Source: Podarcis vaucheri
Taxonomy: Eukaryota
Length of the DNA: 64,000 bases
NCBI GenBank assembly: GCA_965113315.1
Contig: OZ220377.1
Direction: 5' to 3' (one strand)
Shown here: piece by piece, positions 1 through 11,020 of the stretch
How the letters are laid out: every line of letters starts with the position of its first letter
Numbering within the stretch: position 1 is the first letter of the stretch
Notes under the pieces: model-generated
The model's database searches: none
Told to the model about the DNA's origin: nothing
The model's input: the letters and a program-made list of their open reading frames with translations, nothing else
Made by a program: the position numbers and the translations under genes

Positions 1-1561
1 CTTTTCTACTTTCTTAGTAGACACCAACTTCTCTGCAACCGTCCCCTCATGCTCTTCTGTCTTCTTGGTGACAGTCACAGACTTTGTGATGTATGTGGTC
101 GTCCCGTCATCCCCTTCACTAGTGAATTTCTCAACTTTTTTGGTTACCATGACTTTCTCTTCACTTTTCCCTTTCTTCTCCTCTTCCTCAGAGGGGCTTA
201 TGTCTAGGCCATTGGTCACCACCCCTTTGTCTTCCTCCTCTACTTGTTTTGCCTTGGAGTCTTCTTTTTCTTCACCCTTCTCTTCAACCTCTCCATTCAC
301 TGCTATGTCTTCTTTGGTGGACTCTTTTGATGCTTTCTCACTTGTTTCTGTCTTCTCTTCTTTGGAATCCTTCTCTGTACCAACTTTTGCTGCCTTAGTG
401 ACTGAGATGGTCTCTTCCACTTCCTTCACAGGGGACCCTGCTTTTTCTGGAGATGAAGCTTTTTCTGGAGTCCCTGCTTTCTCCGGAGTCCCTGCTTTTT
501 CTGGAGAGGCTGCTTTCTCCGGAGTCCCTGCTTTTTCTGGAGATGCTGCTTTCTCCGGAGTCCCTGCTTTTTCTGGAGATGCTGCTTTCTCCGGAGTCCC
601 TGCTTTTTCTGGAGATGCTGCTTTCTCCGGAGTCCCTGCTTTTTCTGGAGAGGCTTTCTCCGGAGTCCCTGCTTTCTCTGGAGTTGCTGGTTTTTCAGGA
701 GACCCTTTCTCTGGAGTCCCTGCTTTCTCTGGAGTTGCTGGTTTTTCAGGAGACCCTTTCTCGGGTGTCCCAGCTTTCTCTGGAGATGCTTTCTCTGGTG
801 TCCCTGCTTTCTCAGGAGAACCTGCCTTTGCTGGGGAGGTGGACTTCTCCTCTTCTTCACCTTCCTGCTCCTGCTCCTTTTGCTCTTCACTTTCAGCTTC
901 TTTATCATCCTCTGCTTCTTCTTCTGCAGGAGATTTAGGAGGAGATGCTTTGGTCTTTTCTACTTTCTCTGGTGCAATGGTTTCTTCCACCTCTTCACCT
1001 TCTTCCTCTGCTTCTTTTTCTTCCTTGCTTTCAGCTCCAGCTTCTCCCTCCCCTGCTTCCTCCTCCTCCTCCTCTGCTTCTTCCTCACCCTCTTCTTTTT
1101 CACTCTTTTCTTCTTCTTTTTCAGAGCCTCCTTCTTCTGCCTCATCAGACTTTGCACCTTCATCTTCCTCACCGCCCTCCTCCTCACCCTCCTCTTCTCC
1201 TTCTCCTTCTTCTTCAGCTTCTGGAGCTGCTGCTTCAACTCTGGCCTCTTCCTTGGCTATAATTTCTTCCTCTACAGCTTCCTCCTCCTCTTCCTGTTCT
1301 TCCGGTGCTGTTCCAGCAGCCAGTTCTTCAGCCATAGCTGCAAGGGCCTCATCCAGTTCAGACTTCTCATCCTCAACTTTTGTCTCTTCAATAATTTCTT
1401 CTACAAATTTGTGCTGGACCTTTAGCTTTGGAGGTTCAACTTTGGATTTTTGTATTTTGGAAGATGATATTGTTACTGAAGGTTGCCTATGTGTAAATGT
1501 TGGACCAGTGATGCTTCCAGAGAAGGCACTGAATCTTGTTTCTTCACCCTCAAGAAGTTTC
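1..1561 (-). CDS. NEFM: NEFM coding exon 3 (rod end plus Glu-rich tail); runs off the window start
   Basis: Acceptor ttccctag|G completes the Arg codon, then [20 protein letters not shown]...[22 protein letters not shown]... The frame is open to position 1 and ends ...[31 protein letters not shown], the conserved NF-M C-terminal region. Confidence 0.96.
425..846 (-). repeat. Coding minisatellite: 24 units of 15-18 nt encoding K-x(x)-[S/T]-P-x ([23 protein letters not shown])
   Basis: Read directly from the exon 3 frame. Includes a near-perfect 36-nt higher-order unit ([12 protein letters not shown]) four times and a 51-nt unit twice. Confidence 0.93.
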
Positions 1562-1806
1562 CTAGGGAAAGAAGAGGGAGGAATTAACATCCATCTCTAA
1601 CATTTCAAGATGAATTTTTGAATGAACAAGCACCTCTGTAAGTAGCTATGATAGATTTAAAAAGCTATTTTGAGTAACTGGAAATTGCTTCTAGCTTGTC
1701 AAACTATCAAATAGCATCTCACACCCTGCAAATCTGTCAACCCATCTTCTCCTTCTGAACTAAATTGCTGACATAAATGGAAAAGGTACCAACACAAAAC
1801 CCAGAT

Positions 1807-1944
1807 AAGTGATGGGGAACCTGTGATCATCAAATGGTATTGAACTACAGCTCCCATCATCCTTGGCCATTGGCTATGCTTACTGGACCTTATGGGAGTT
1901 GTAGTTCAGAAACATCTGGAGAGTCAAAGGTTCCCCAACCCTGA
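1807..1944. mobile_element. Palindromic MITE in NEFM intron 2 (actacaactcccatcat...atgggagttgtagt family)
   Basis: Nested inverted repeats: ggggaacct/aggttcccc and aactacagctcccat/atgggagttgtagtt. Related copies at ~21667-21770, ~41645-41770, 42549-42680 and ~51400-51518. Confidence 0.7.
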
Positions 1945-2847
1945 CCTAGAGGAATGAGGAGAAAATACATTGTGTCTGGGGGAAGTTGCAGACTTTCATT
2001 TAGGGGAAAATGCCCCTTTCATATTGGACCTTCTTTAGGGGCCATTTGTAACATCATCAACTGCCACACCAATACTCTCTCTCCTATCAGACCAATTGCC
2101 TGCCTAGCAACTAAGGGACAAGACTAGCAAATTTGGAAGGAAAGCATCAAGAATCAATGTGAACAATGATCAGCTAAGCTTCTTCATACACATTCCATTT
2201 TTGGTGGACATTTTTCTAGCTATGCATAACTTGTAGAGCATTGTTCACAAATAGTGCCCTCTCACTAAAATTCTATGATTGCCTACTGAGGGATAAATAT
2301 TTGTGTTGCTTTTTAAAGGGCCATTGCATATAAGATTATGAATTCTCTATATTTACTTCAAAGGGTTGTTCACATACATGGGACATGATAATGCCAAATT
2401 TAAGCTCCATTAATTTAAATGAGAGAAATTTAACCATGGGCTTAACTTTCATATTTCATTGATTTCAGTGAGTGAGTGCTTAAAGTTTAGCTTATATATA
2501 TATATTTCAGTATATAACCTAAGGATGAATTAATACTGCCTTTAGATAGCTGCTTTCTGTCCTGTGGACAACTAACACACACACATGTTCCTGGACAGTG
2601 AAACAGGAAAAATAACAACAGAAAAAATTCAAGTGAGTGTTTAAATTTCAGGACTAATATTTACTTTGTTCGAACGTATTGCTTTTTCCCTTAGCATTAT
2701 TTAAATCTAGGAATGCACATAGCAATAAAATATTTGTAAGCGATATGGGCAAGTATAGAAGAACTATACTCCATCAATCTAAATTGTGTTGTTTCAATAT
2801 TTAGCATTTTTGCATATCAATATTAAATCTTAAGTGTCCTCTGGAGA

Positions 2848-3008
2848 AGGAACATAGCTCAGTGGCAGAACATCCACCTTGTATGCAGAAGGTCCCAGGT
2901 TCAGTCTCCAGGTAGGGCTGGGAGAGGACCCTGGAGAGCCTCTGCCAGTCAGTGTAGACAGTACTGAGTTAGATGGTCTGACGGTCTGACAGCTTTCTAT
3001 GTCCCTAT
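2848..3008 (+). mobile_element. tRNA-derived SINE (Squam3-like)
   Basis: Head tagctcagtggcagaac...gcagaaggtcccaggttca, body ctggagagcctctgccagtcagtgtagacagtactgag, tail ctttctatgtccct. Other copies at ~8333-8495 (-), ~14950-15128, ~18560-18655, 19440-19512, ~35740-35870, ~53910-54085 and 54180-54810. Confidence 0.75.
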
Positions 3009-4045
3009 GAACACAGCAGACAATGCTGCTTCCAAAACTATGCAGTGTTCTGGATGAGGAGTACTATTGTGGCTGTGATGCAGCTTGTCAGTGCAGGCAA
3101 TTCTAGGCTAATGGACCATTGCTTTGAACATAAGGCAGTTTCCTATGTTCCAAATGTTGTTTCTTGGTAAATGTATGAAACAATATATGCAGGCCAAGTC
3201 ATCTCATGATTTCAGGAAGTAGAATTTGGATGAGAAAGGCAGGAAGTTGTCACTGATTGCTTATTATACTTTTACTGTGGGTCAGGGCTGGATGACATTT
3301 GCATAGTCTACCAACTGAATTAGTAGTCATTTCTAGTCTGCTCATCTCCCACTGAAAAAGATTTGTACTTTAGCATTTCCTTTTGGGGTATTTCATAAGC
3401 TTAAATTATCTCTCTCTTTGCCATGTTACAAAAGCAATGCAAATATGATTGTGTATTAAGAAATTAGAAATTAAAGGGAAAATTATAATGGATAGGGAAA
3501 GCTTTGCATTTTCAGCTTCATTTCACATTCTTGCTTGTATTATTGACTGTAAATTTTAAAGGGGGAAATGCTGAAGAAGAAAAGGATAAAGGACCCCTCA
3601 CCTCCATGGGAGCACCCCAGTTATGGAATATTCTCCCCGAAAAGGTGTGTCCAGCACCCATGCCATAGTCTTATCGGCACCAGGTGAAGACCAGGGGTTT
3701 TTGTTTGTTTGTTTTGGCATTAAATAGTTTGTTTATTTATCACCACCATTACTAACCATAATAATCACCATAAATTGCCCTATCAATTTGTCCACTGATT
3801 TTTGGTATGTTACCTTGCTAACGTCTTTTCTGCTGAAACTCTACAGCACAAAGCAGAACGTTATTGCCCAGGTTTCAAATTGTGCTAAGAATCTGGCAAA
3901 ATGCCTTGCTTATTTGTCAACAATGCCTTATGGGATTCAAAGATTATCCCTGTGGGGTTTTGTTGTTGCTGCGGCTGCTACTGGAACTAAAAACATCTGC
4001 AGTGCAATTCCTAAATCAGCCACGTCGGCATTCTATTCACTATAC

Positions 4046-4170
4046 CTGTATGCGGCAATTTCAATATCAAGAGCCATCTTGACATTGAGGAGATCCTGGT
4101 ATTCCCTCAAATGACGAGCCATCTCCCATTTTGTGCCTCTCAATTCATTTTCCAGTTGTTGAATTGTATC
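4046..4170 (-). CDS. NEFM: NEFM coding exon 2 (coil 2B), 125 nt
   Basis: Acceptor ttgcag|GAT; translation [41 protein letters not shown](R); donor AG|GTATAG. Missing from the ORF track because it is an internal exon. Confidence 0.96.
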
Positions 4171-4334
4171 CTGCAACCAAGACACAGGCAGTTATTTAGG
4201 ATGGTTACAAGCAAACTGTAAATAGGAGTGCAGTAGTGAATAAAGCACTTTATTTATTTATTAAACTATATATCTACTGTTATTCAGAAAGAAATATTAG
4301 AGCAGTTCACAATAAGAATACATAAAGCCATACA

Positions 4335-4374
<40 letters not shown>
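4335..4374. repeat. (GT)n(GA)n compound microsatellite
   Basis: Seen directly. Confidence 0.95.
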
Positions 4375-7300
4375 TCAACTGTTACAGAAGAGTATTTTCT
4401 TAATTACCAGCCTATACCTGACAACATACAAAAGTTTTCAATATTTATGTGGACATGGATGGAAGAGTGATTGAACTATGAGAGATGGGATAAGTGAAGC
4501 TTGAATTGGGCTCCTCAACTCCTGAAGAAGTGGCCTAGGTTGTGAGGGTCTCCATCTCCTCAACTTGACCAGCCAATACTAGATTCTTACAGCAATAAAA
4601 AGCTCATAGGTTGTGAGCCCCCAGAAAACTAAGTCCCAGAGACCACTGGTCTGGGAAGGATGGTAATAAATTGCTATTCTTGTGTGAAATACTGAGAGGA
4701 ACCTTATGGGATTACTGAACTTTATGGGAATACTGAAAAGTTGATGAAAATTCTCCCCCTAAATCTCCATATCAACCATTCCTATAGACTAAAGTAATCA
4801 AAACTAGAAAGATCTATGCTGTGAGAAATTCTGTTTTGGATTAACTTCTAAGAGAGAAATCTGGAGCAAAGTCATGAAGTAGCCTATTCCTGCTCCTAGT
4901 ACTCTGTACTTACAATCTGAAAACCAGAAGCACAATCTACGCAACATCAGCTTGCTATTGTTATCATTTATTTAAGATTGCCTCTTAAAATTACTAGGTA
5001 AAAACTGGAACCTGGTTAAGACAATATACTTAAATGTAAGTCAGTTTTGGAAATTGGACTTCATCAATTTGTATTTCTCTATTTTGCTTAACCAAGCTGT
5101 GAATCACACTGACCTATGAAAAGAAAAAAATAATTTCCCAAATTGCTGTAGTTCCCACAAAAACATGCAATCCTTGTGCTTCAAAATGCAACTTCTGAAT
5201 TATGGAAATTAGCTCCAAAGTCAGTGGTAGGAACACTGCAGCCTAGCAGACTACTCTAGTGTCCTTTACTATCCACACCTTTGTTAAACAGAACAATATA
5301 ATTATTTAAAAGTTTGGGTAGAATTGTGTATTTGTTAAGGCTGTGTAGAAATGGCAACTTGAAATTCTTCACTTTATTTGTGGGATGAGAAATGGTGAGG
5401 GTAGGCAGTTCTCTCAATTTCTCTAGAGGAAGAAGAAAAGATTGCAACAATTTATTAGGGTTGGGGCTCACCATTAGGGCAGTTTATTTATTAATTTTCA
5501 GGGTAATAAATAAATAAAATGATGGTGCTCAAGTGGAGAAAATTATGTAAAGTGATCTTTTTCTAGTGGAGAAATGAGAAAAAGTAAACTCTCAAAAGTT
5601 TTCTCAATAAAAAAATCATTTGAGAAATTTGGGCTCAGCTCCAATATTTGAGGCCAGCAGCAAAAAATAGTAATTTACTTGAGTCTAACTATGCAATTGA
5701 TTTAAAACCTCAGAGTCTAAATCCATTGAGTTAACTAGATCTGCAGCAATCTGATGCCAAAATGCTTACGTGGGTCGATTGCTCTAGATACTACTCTACT
5801 TAAAAAGCAATATCTATAGGAAAATTGATGGGAAATGTTGCCAGTATTTGTCTCTTAAGACTAAAACTGCACATCACTAGCTCACTTCTAAGCCTATTGA
5901 CTTTAGCAAGCAGAAAGGTTGCTTATGTGAGAGACTGTTCTATTCCCCTTGTGGTGGAAGTTCCTGTAGCCCTCCTACAAAGTCACTTCTAGGGGTCTGA
6001 AGCCGTTTTTCAGGGTGTGCCCTCAGGGGCTGCAGCTGGAGAGGGGAGAACCTCATGCAACCCCCTCCCTTGTATGGGTGGAGAAGGGTGCCTTTGACTC
6101 AGGCATGGGTGGCAATGGCTGTTTCCATCCAAACAATTACATCAGAATGAAATCCAATGGAGTTCAGTGCAGTTTTGTCACACCGAAAACATTATTTTTA
6201 TGGATGAGGGATGTGCAGCCTAAGGTCGCATTTTCTACAACATTTTTCATAGCAATAAGTATTTGGTGACTAAATGGCTAAATATCTGGAAACAAAAACC
6301 ATTCTGTTGTCTTGGAATAAGAATTGAATTTGATGAGACCCTTGAGCGGTCTCATCAAATTCAATGTTGGTTTCAAGTTTGCGCTGCAAGATACATTTTT
6401 GCTATGTTATTTACGTATCTGAATCCTATACTGAACAAAAAGCACATTGCAATCAAATGGGTAAGTCACCAGAGCTTTTCCTATATGTGGGACATTAGAA
6501 ATAGGCTGAGCTAGAAGGCAGTGCAAGCTCTCTTTCATGTCTGGACTTTGATCACATTATGCAATTCTGCATTGCCTCATTTTGCACCATAAAAATAAGG
6601 TTTACTTGGTCTGTTTATTGATTTGCTTTTTTCCTAACTAATATTTATTTTAGAGGGATTCAAGTATTTTTCAGATGCTCTGTCCAATGTCATTCTGCAG
6701 TGCGCAAGTTCCTTTATCAGTGGAAATCTTTGAGGGCTGCCTCTTGCACTGGAAGGGTGGTTTTATGAGTTCCTTGGTGCCATCAAGTTCTGCATTGCAG
6801 AAGTTTGGGGTGCACTTGGCAGAGAGAGCCATCTCAGATTGCCTTTTGTTGCTTGCTCATCTTATTTTTATCCATAGTCACCTCCATGGCAGTTAATTCA
6901 ATGCAAGCACTGGTCCTCACTGCAATCATGTTAGCCAAAGCCACTTTAAGCTTTGTGATTTGCCCAGGTGGGGTTGTTCACATATAGTCTATAGAGTATA
7001 GAATTCAAGCTCAGAATTCATCTTCCTATCCCAAAGCAGGCACTCTGGGATTTGCCTTTTGCACTGATCAGCTCTATCAGAAAATCTGCTCAGCACTTTT
7101 AGCCTCTGCATTGCTGAAGTTCAGCAGACACTGATGCAGGATGGTGGCTGCAGTGGTGCTTGCATTTTGCAGCAAATATAACCTTTAATTATCGGCATAC
7201 AAAACACAGCACCCCACTGCTGTGTGAGCCTTCTCTAAATTTTATGATGAATCATCCTGCAAAAGTCCATCCTGATTACCACAGATTCCCCATGCTATGA

Positions 7301-8332
7301 GAAAAGGTTCCTTTTCAAATAATGATTATTAATAAAAATAAATACCAATAAAATATTATTTCAAATACATTGGGTTTTTGTTGCAGAAATTATGTGAGCC
7401 TGGTTTGATTTTACACAATGCTGTTGATCAGAATTCCTATTCTTTATTGAATTTCTTCATACACACTTTATTGTGAGTTGCATTTTATTTAAATTTTCAG
7501 AAATGCTAATACTGTAATAATAACAGCCAGCAGTTCTTGATAGCAATTTCCCCCAGGACGTTGCTGCTGCTTTTAGTCAGTTACTATGCTCTGGAACATT
7601 AAATTATATCCAGTACCACTGGATCAGAAAGAACTACTGTAAAGGTCATGCTTTGCAGCTCAGGTTGTCATCAAAGGATCAATTTTTAAACTGCATTGCC
7701 ACAACACATTCATTTTTTATTGGTACTACTAACAACTTTGGGAAGCAGCATATGCATATTTTTTCCACTTCTTCCTGTGGTAGTTCTGCAGTGCATCAGT
7801 TATGGGATGTTCTGTCTCAGGGATGCTTATGATTGGTGAATGGAGTTCCAGAGCTATCACAAGAACTTCCAAAGTGACACTTCTTTCAGGCTAAGTTTAG
7901 CATCCCTCATTCCAAAGTCAGTCTTGCCTTAGGGCACAATACTTTCCTACACTCCTAGAAAATGCTTTATTTTATTTTTTACCAGAGAGCTGTTTGGAAG
8001 TGGATGATTCCATCCTGCATGGAAGCATGTGGGACCCCTCCTTTCTCAGTTGGGGAGCTGCATTTTGTATGGGACTAGGCAGGCAGAATCTTTCCCATCT
8101 CTGCTCTGCCATTTAGAGGAGTGGAGCTTAGCGCAAGTTGTGGGATGGCTCCCCCCCCAATCCCTTCCTCTTCTCGGAGTTGCACTTTGCTGGCAAGAAA
8201 AAACACTTATTATCCACTTTAAAAAACCAAAAGTAAAATAAATATTTTCATTATGTATTTTGTTGCATCATTTCCCCATTCGAACTAACACACATTCACC
8301 AATGCAATCAAGGTATCCCTTAGGGCTGAAGC

Positions 8333-8495
8333 ACACAGGAAGGTGCCTTATGCTGAGTCAGACCACTGGATTCATCTTGCTTAGCACTGTCTCACTGACT
8401 AGGGGTGACACTCCAGGGTTTGAAACCAGGGCGCATTCCCACCCTGGAGATTGAACATGAGGCAAAGGTGAAGCTTTGTCCCTGAGCTATGGCCC
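8333..8495 (-). mobile_element. Squam3-like SINE, degraded
   Basis: Reverse-complement match to the 2848-3008 copy (ggaaggtgccttatgctgagtcagacca...ctgagctatggccc). Confidence 0.65.
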
Positions 8496-8578
8496 TCCCA
8501 CTTTGGTAAAAGACAAGAAGCTGAAGAACATTTCCTGGCCCTTCCATTCATTTTGCATAGAGTCAGTTGGGATCCCCC

Positions 8579-8706
8579 CATGGGGGTAGTCAAGGGGGAC
8601 AGTGCCCCCCCTAGAGCAAGTAAAACAATAATATACTTAACTAACTGAGGTTCTGCCCCCCTAACATGAAGCTTGCCTCCTAACATAAATCCTGGCTACG
8701 TCCATG
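8579..8706. mobile_element. hAT-type MITE with an 8-bp target site duplication (TSD) in NEFM intron 1
   Basis: Terminal inverted repeats (TIRs) CATGGGGGTAGTCAAG and CATGGACGTAGCCAGG (revcomp of the right end). Perfect TSD GATCCCCC at 8571-8578 and 8707-8714. Confidence 0.85.
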
Positions 8707-9208
8707 GATCCCCCACTCTCTGAAATCTGCTTCATTTTGAGGGTGTGGTGTAGCTCAAATGTTAAAAGACTCCCCTTTTCACTTTCAGTGGCACGTATTG
8801 GGGCACAGAAGGGTCAAATCACATTTCACATTTCTGAAAGAGCAATGAGTATTTTTTTTTTCACATTAAGGTGCCGATCATGAATGTCTTTCCCCGAAGT
8901 TATCGATTCCAATGAAGTTAAGTTTTGAGCAAGTCTTATTTTGAAGCTCAGTTTTTGATTCAGTTGGAATTCCGTTGGAAAGTGCCCTTCCTTCAAGTAA
9001 CTGCAGGGATCACTGCAGCTGGGAGGGGCGGGTAGAACTACTTACGGGCGGGGGACTTGCCCCGCCCCTTGAGGCGCACCGTCTCCTGACCGCCCCCCCG
9101 TTGCATTTTGCATGGAAACAAATGTAGGCAGCCGCAGATGGCAGGTGGAGAGCATCACTGCCCCCTCCCCAAGCCACGCCCACCACCAGACCCCCTCCCC
9201 GCGCCTAC

Positions 9209-10279
9209 CTGGTAGGTGGAGAGGTCGTGGTTATGGCGCTCCTCGATGTCGGTGAGTTGGCGCTCCAGGGACTCCTTGGTGCCGCGGACGGATTCGAGCT
9301 CGATGCTCTTCGCCTGGAGCTGCCGTCGGTACTCGGAGATCTCCTCCTTGGCCGAGCGGATGGCTTCCTTGTTCTGCTCGGCGGCCTCGGTGAGCTTGGC
9401 GTAGCGGCACTTGAACCACTCCTCGGCCTGGACCATGTTCTGGTCGGAGTGGCACTCGAGCTGGGAGCGGATCTCCTTCAGGGCGGACGAGAGGTCTGTC
9501 TTCAGGTAGTCCTTGCGCTCGACGGTGACGTGCGAGGCCTGGATCTGGGCTAGGAGGTCGGCCACCTCCTCCTCGTGGTTGCCGCGGAGGAAAGCCACTT
9601 CGTCCTGCAAGGACTGCACCTTCTTGTCCAGCTCGACCTTGACCATGGACGACTCCTCGATGTCCTTGCGCAGAGCGCGGATGATGGCCTCGGTGTCGTC
9701 CCGGAGGCGCGCCTCGTCCTCGAAGCGCTCCTTGAGGCGCTGGATGTCCTCCTCCAGGTGCTCCGAGTCGAGCTGCAGCGCCGCCTTCTCGTGGTTGACT
9801 TGCTCGAGGGCGCAGCGCAGCTCCCGCAGCTCCTGCTCGAAGGCGTCGCCCAGCTGAGAGCGGCCCGCCTGCTTCTGCCGCAGCGCCGCGATCTCGTTCT
9901 CCAGCTCCTTGTTCTGCTGCTCCAGCGAGTGCACCTTCTCGATGTAGCCGGCGAAGCGGTCGTTGAGGCCCTGCAGCTGCTCCTTCTCGTTGGAGCGGCT
10001 CAGCTTTAGCTCGCCGCTGCCTCCGCCGCCGCCGTTGAAGAGCGACGACTGGCTCAGCTCCAGGCTCTCGGAAGAGCTCAGCACCGTCGAGCCGTAGGAA
10101 GCCCGCGCCGCACCCAGGTTGCGCTTGTAGGACGAGGAGACGGTGCTGGGGGAGCTCCGCGACCACGACTGGGACCTGAAGCCGCTGGAAGGCGACATGC
10201 TGGCCCGGCTGAAGGTGGTCCGGCTGTCGGCCACCCGCCGGTAAGACGGGTTGCTTAGAGGCTCCAGCGTGTAGCTCAT
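9209..10279 (-). CDS. NEFM: NEFM coding exon 1 (head plus most of the intermediate-filament rod), 357 codons
   Basis: Translation [15 protein letters not shown]...[22 protein letters not shown]...[29 protein letters not shown]...HDLSTYQ matches the NF-M head and rod. Ends at a phase-0 donor CAG|GTAGGC (GT at 9208-9207). Confidence 0.97.
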
Positions 10280-10349
10280 CTTGGAAGACTTGGTGAGAGG
10301 CGCTCGGCGCTGAGTTCAGGGCAGCGGGGACTCGGCAGAAGGCAGCGCC

Positions 10350-10444
10350 TTATATACCGGAGACGCACGTTGCCTCTGAAGGGGACATGCCGGCCGGTAT
10401 GAGGTAGCGAGGAGAGGCGGGGCCAAGGGACGGAAGCCCCGCCC
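10350..10444 (-). promoter_or_regulatory. NEFM core promoter: TATA box and GC boxes
   Basis: TATATAA (minus) at 10356-10350, about 70 nt above the ATG. GC boxes GAGGCGGGGC (~10414-10423, plus) and GGGCGGGGC (10444-10436, minus). Confidence 0.8.
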
Positions 10445-10999
10445 TTTGAGAGTAAACCACACCCTTTCCTTCAGATTCTCCCCTGGAAAGAGGCACCCGA
10501 ATGCCAGACTGTCCTTTCATAAACTCCTTCCCCCCTCCACACCCCACTGCGCGCCTTCTGAACGGAATTTGAACGTTCACTTACGGTTCTGGTGCACTTT
10601 TTCTGCGAGGTGAGTCTCACAATGTTCAGTGGGGCTTAAGTGTGCATATAGGAGTGCAATGGTGCACATTCCCCTCCCCATGGTAACCCGCTCCTCACCC
10701 ACATTTCTACCTCCTTATTCTTGTTTCATCCGATCCTCCCCTCCCCCCCGTCTCCTCCCGAGTCCCCCCCCCATTTCCTGCAGCGGCCCCCTGTGGAGCA
10801 GTCACCCAACTAGCCGCCTGGCCCACATGGGGCAGGGTGGTGACAGTGGCAGGGGGGCGGCGTGAGTGGCTACTGGATCTCCTTTCTAGGAGATCCAGGC
10901 AAGCATCGTACGCTGGGTTTGTGGGGGTGGGGCGATCTGCAGCGGTGGGTTTTCAGGTAAGGCGCGGGCGCGTGTCTTGTCTGTGTCAGTCATGGCGGC

Positions 11000-11020
11000 T
11001 TCAGCACCAAGGCCAGCGCC
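11000..11020 (+). promoter_or_regulatory. REST/NRSF binding site (RE1/NRSE)
   Basis: TTCAGCACCAAGGCCAGCGCC matches the consensus TTCAGCACCACGGACAGCGCC at 19/21 positions; one mismatch is in the degenerate linker. Upstream of a neuron-specific gene. Confidence 0.82.

Noticed and set aside
425-846. Tandem array as a CRISPR-like locus
   Set aside because: No unique spacers; it is in-frame coding repeat in a vertebrate gene.
65-1600. 511-aa plus-strand Ser/Phe-rich ORF and the overlapping ORFs at 426-1425
   Set aside because: Antisense or off-frame shadows of the Glu/Lys-rich, repetitive NEFM exon 3.
2848-2915. tRNA-like heads here and at 19440, 35740, 44839, 45393 and 54180 as tRNA genes
   Set aside because: They continue into SINE bodies and lack a complete cloverleaf.
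9155-9208. C-terminal [17 protein letters not shown] of the 374-aa ORF
   Set aside because: Read-through into intron 1 past the CAG|GTAGGC donor.
10079-10098. Second RE1-like motif TCAGCACC in exon 1
   Set aside because: Left half-site only; the right half (CGAGCC) does not match GGACAG.
9216-10166. Several ORFs overlapping NEFM exon 1
   Set aside because: GC-rich coding DNA lacks stops in other frames; there are no independent gene features.
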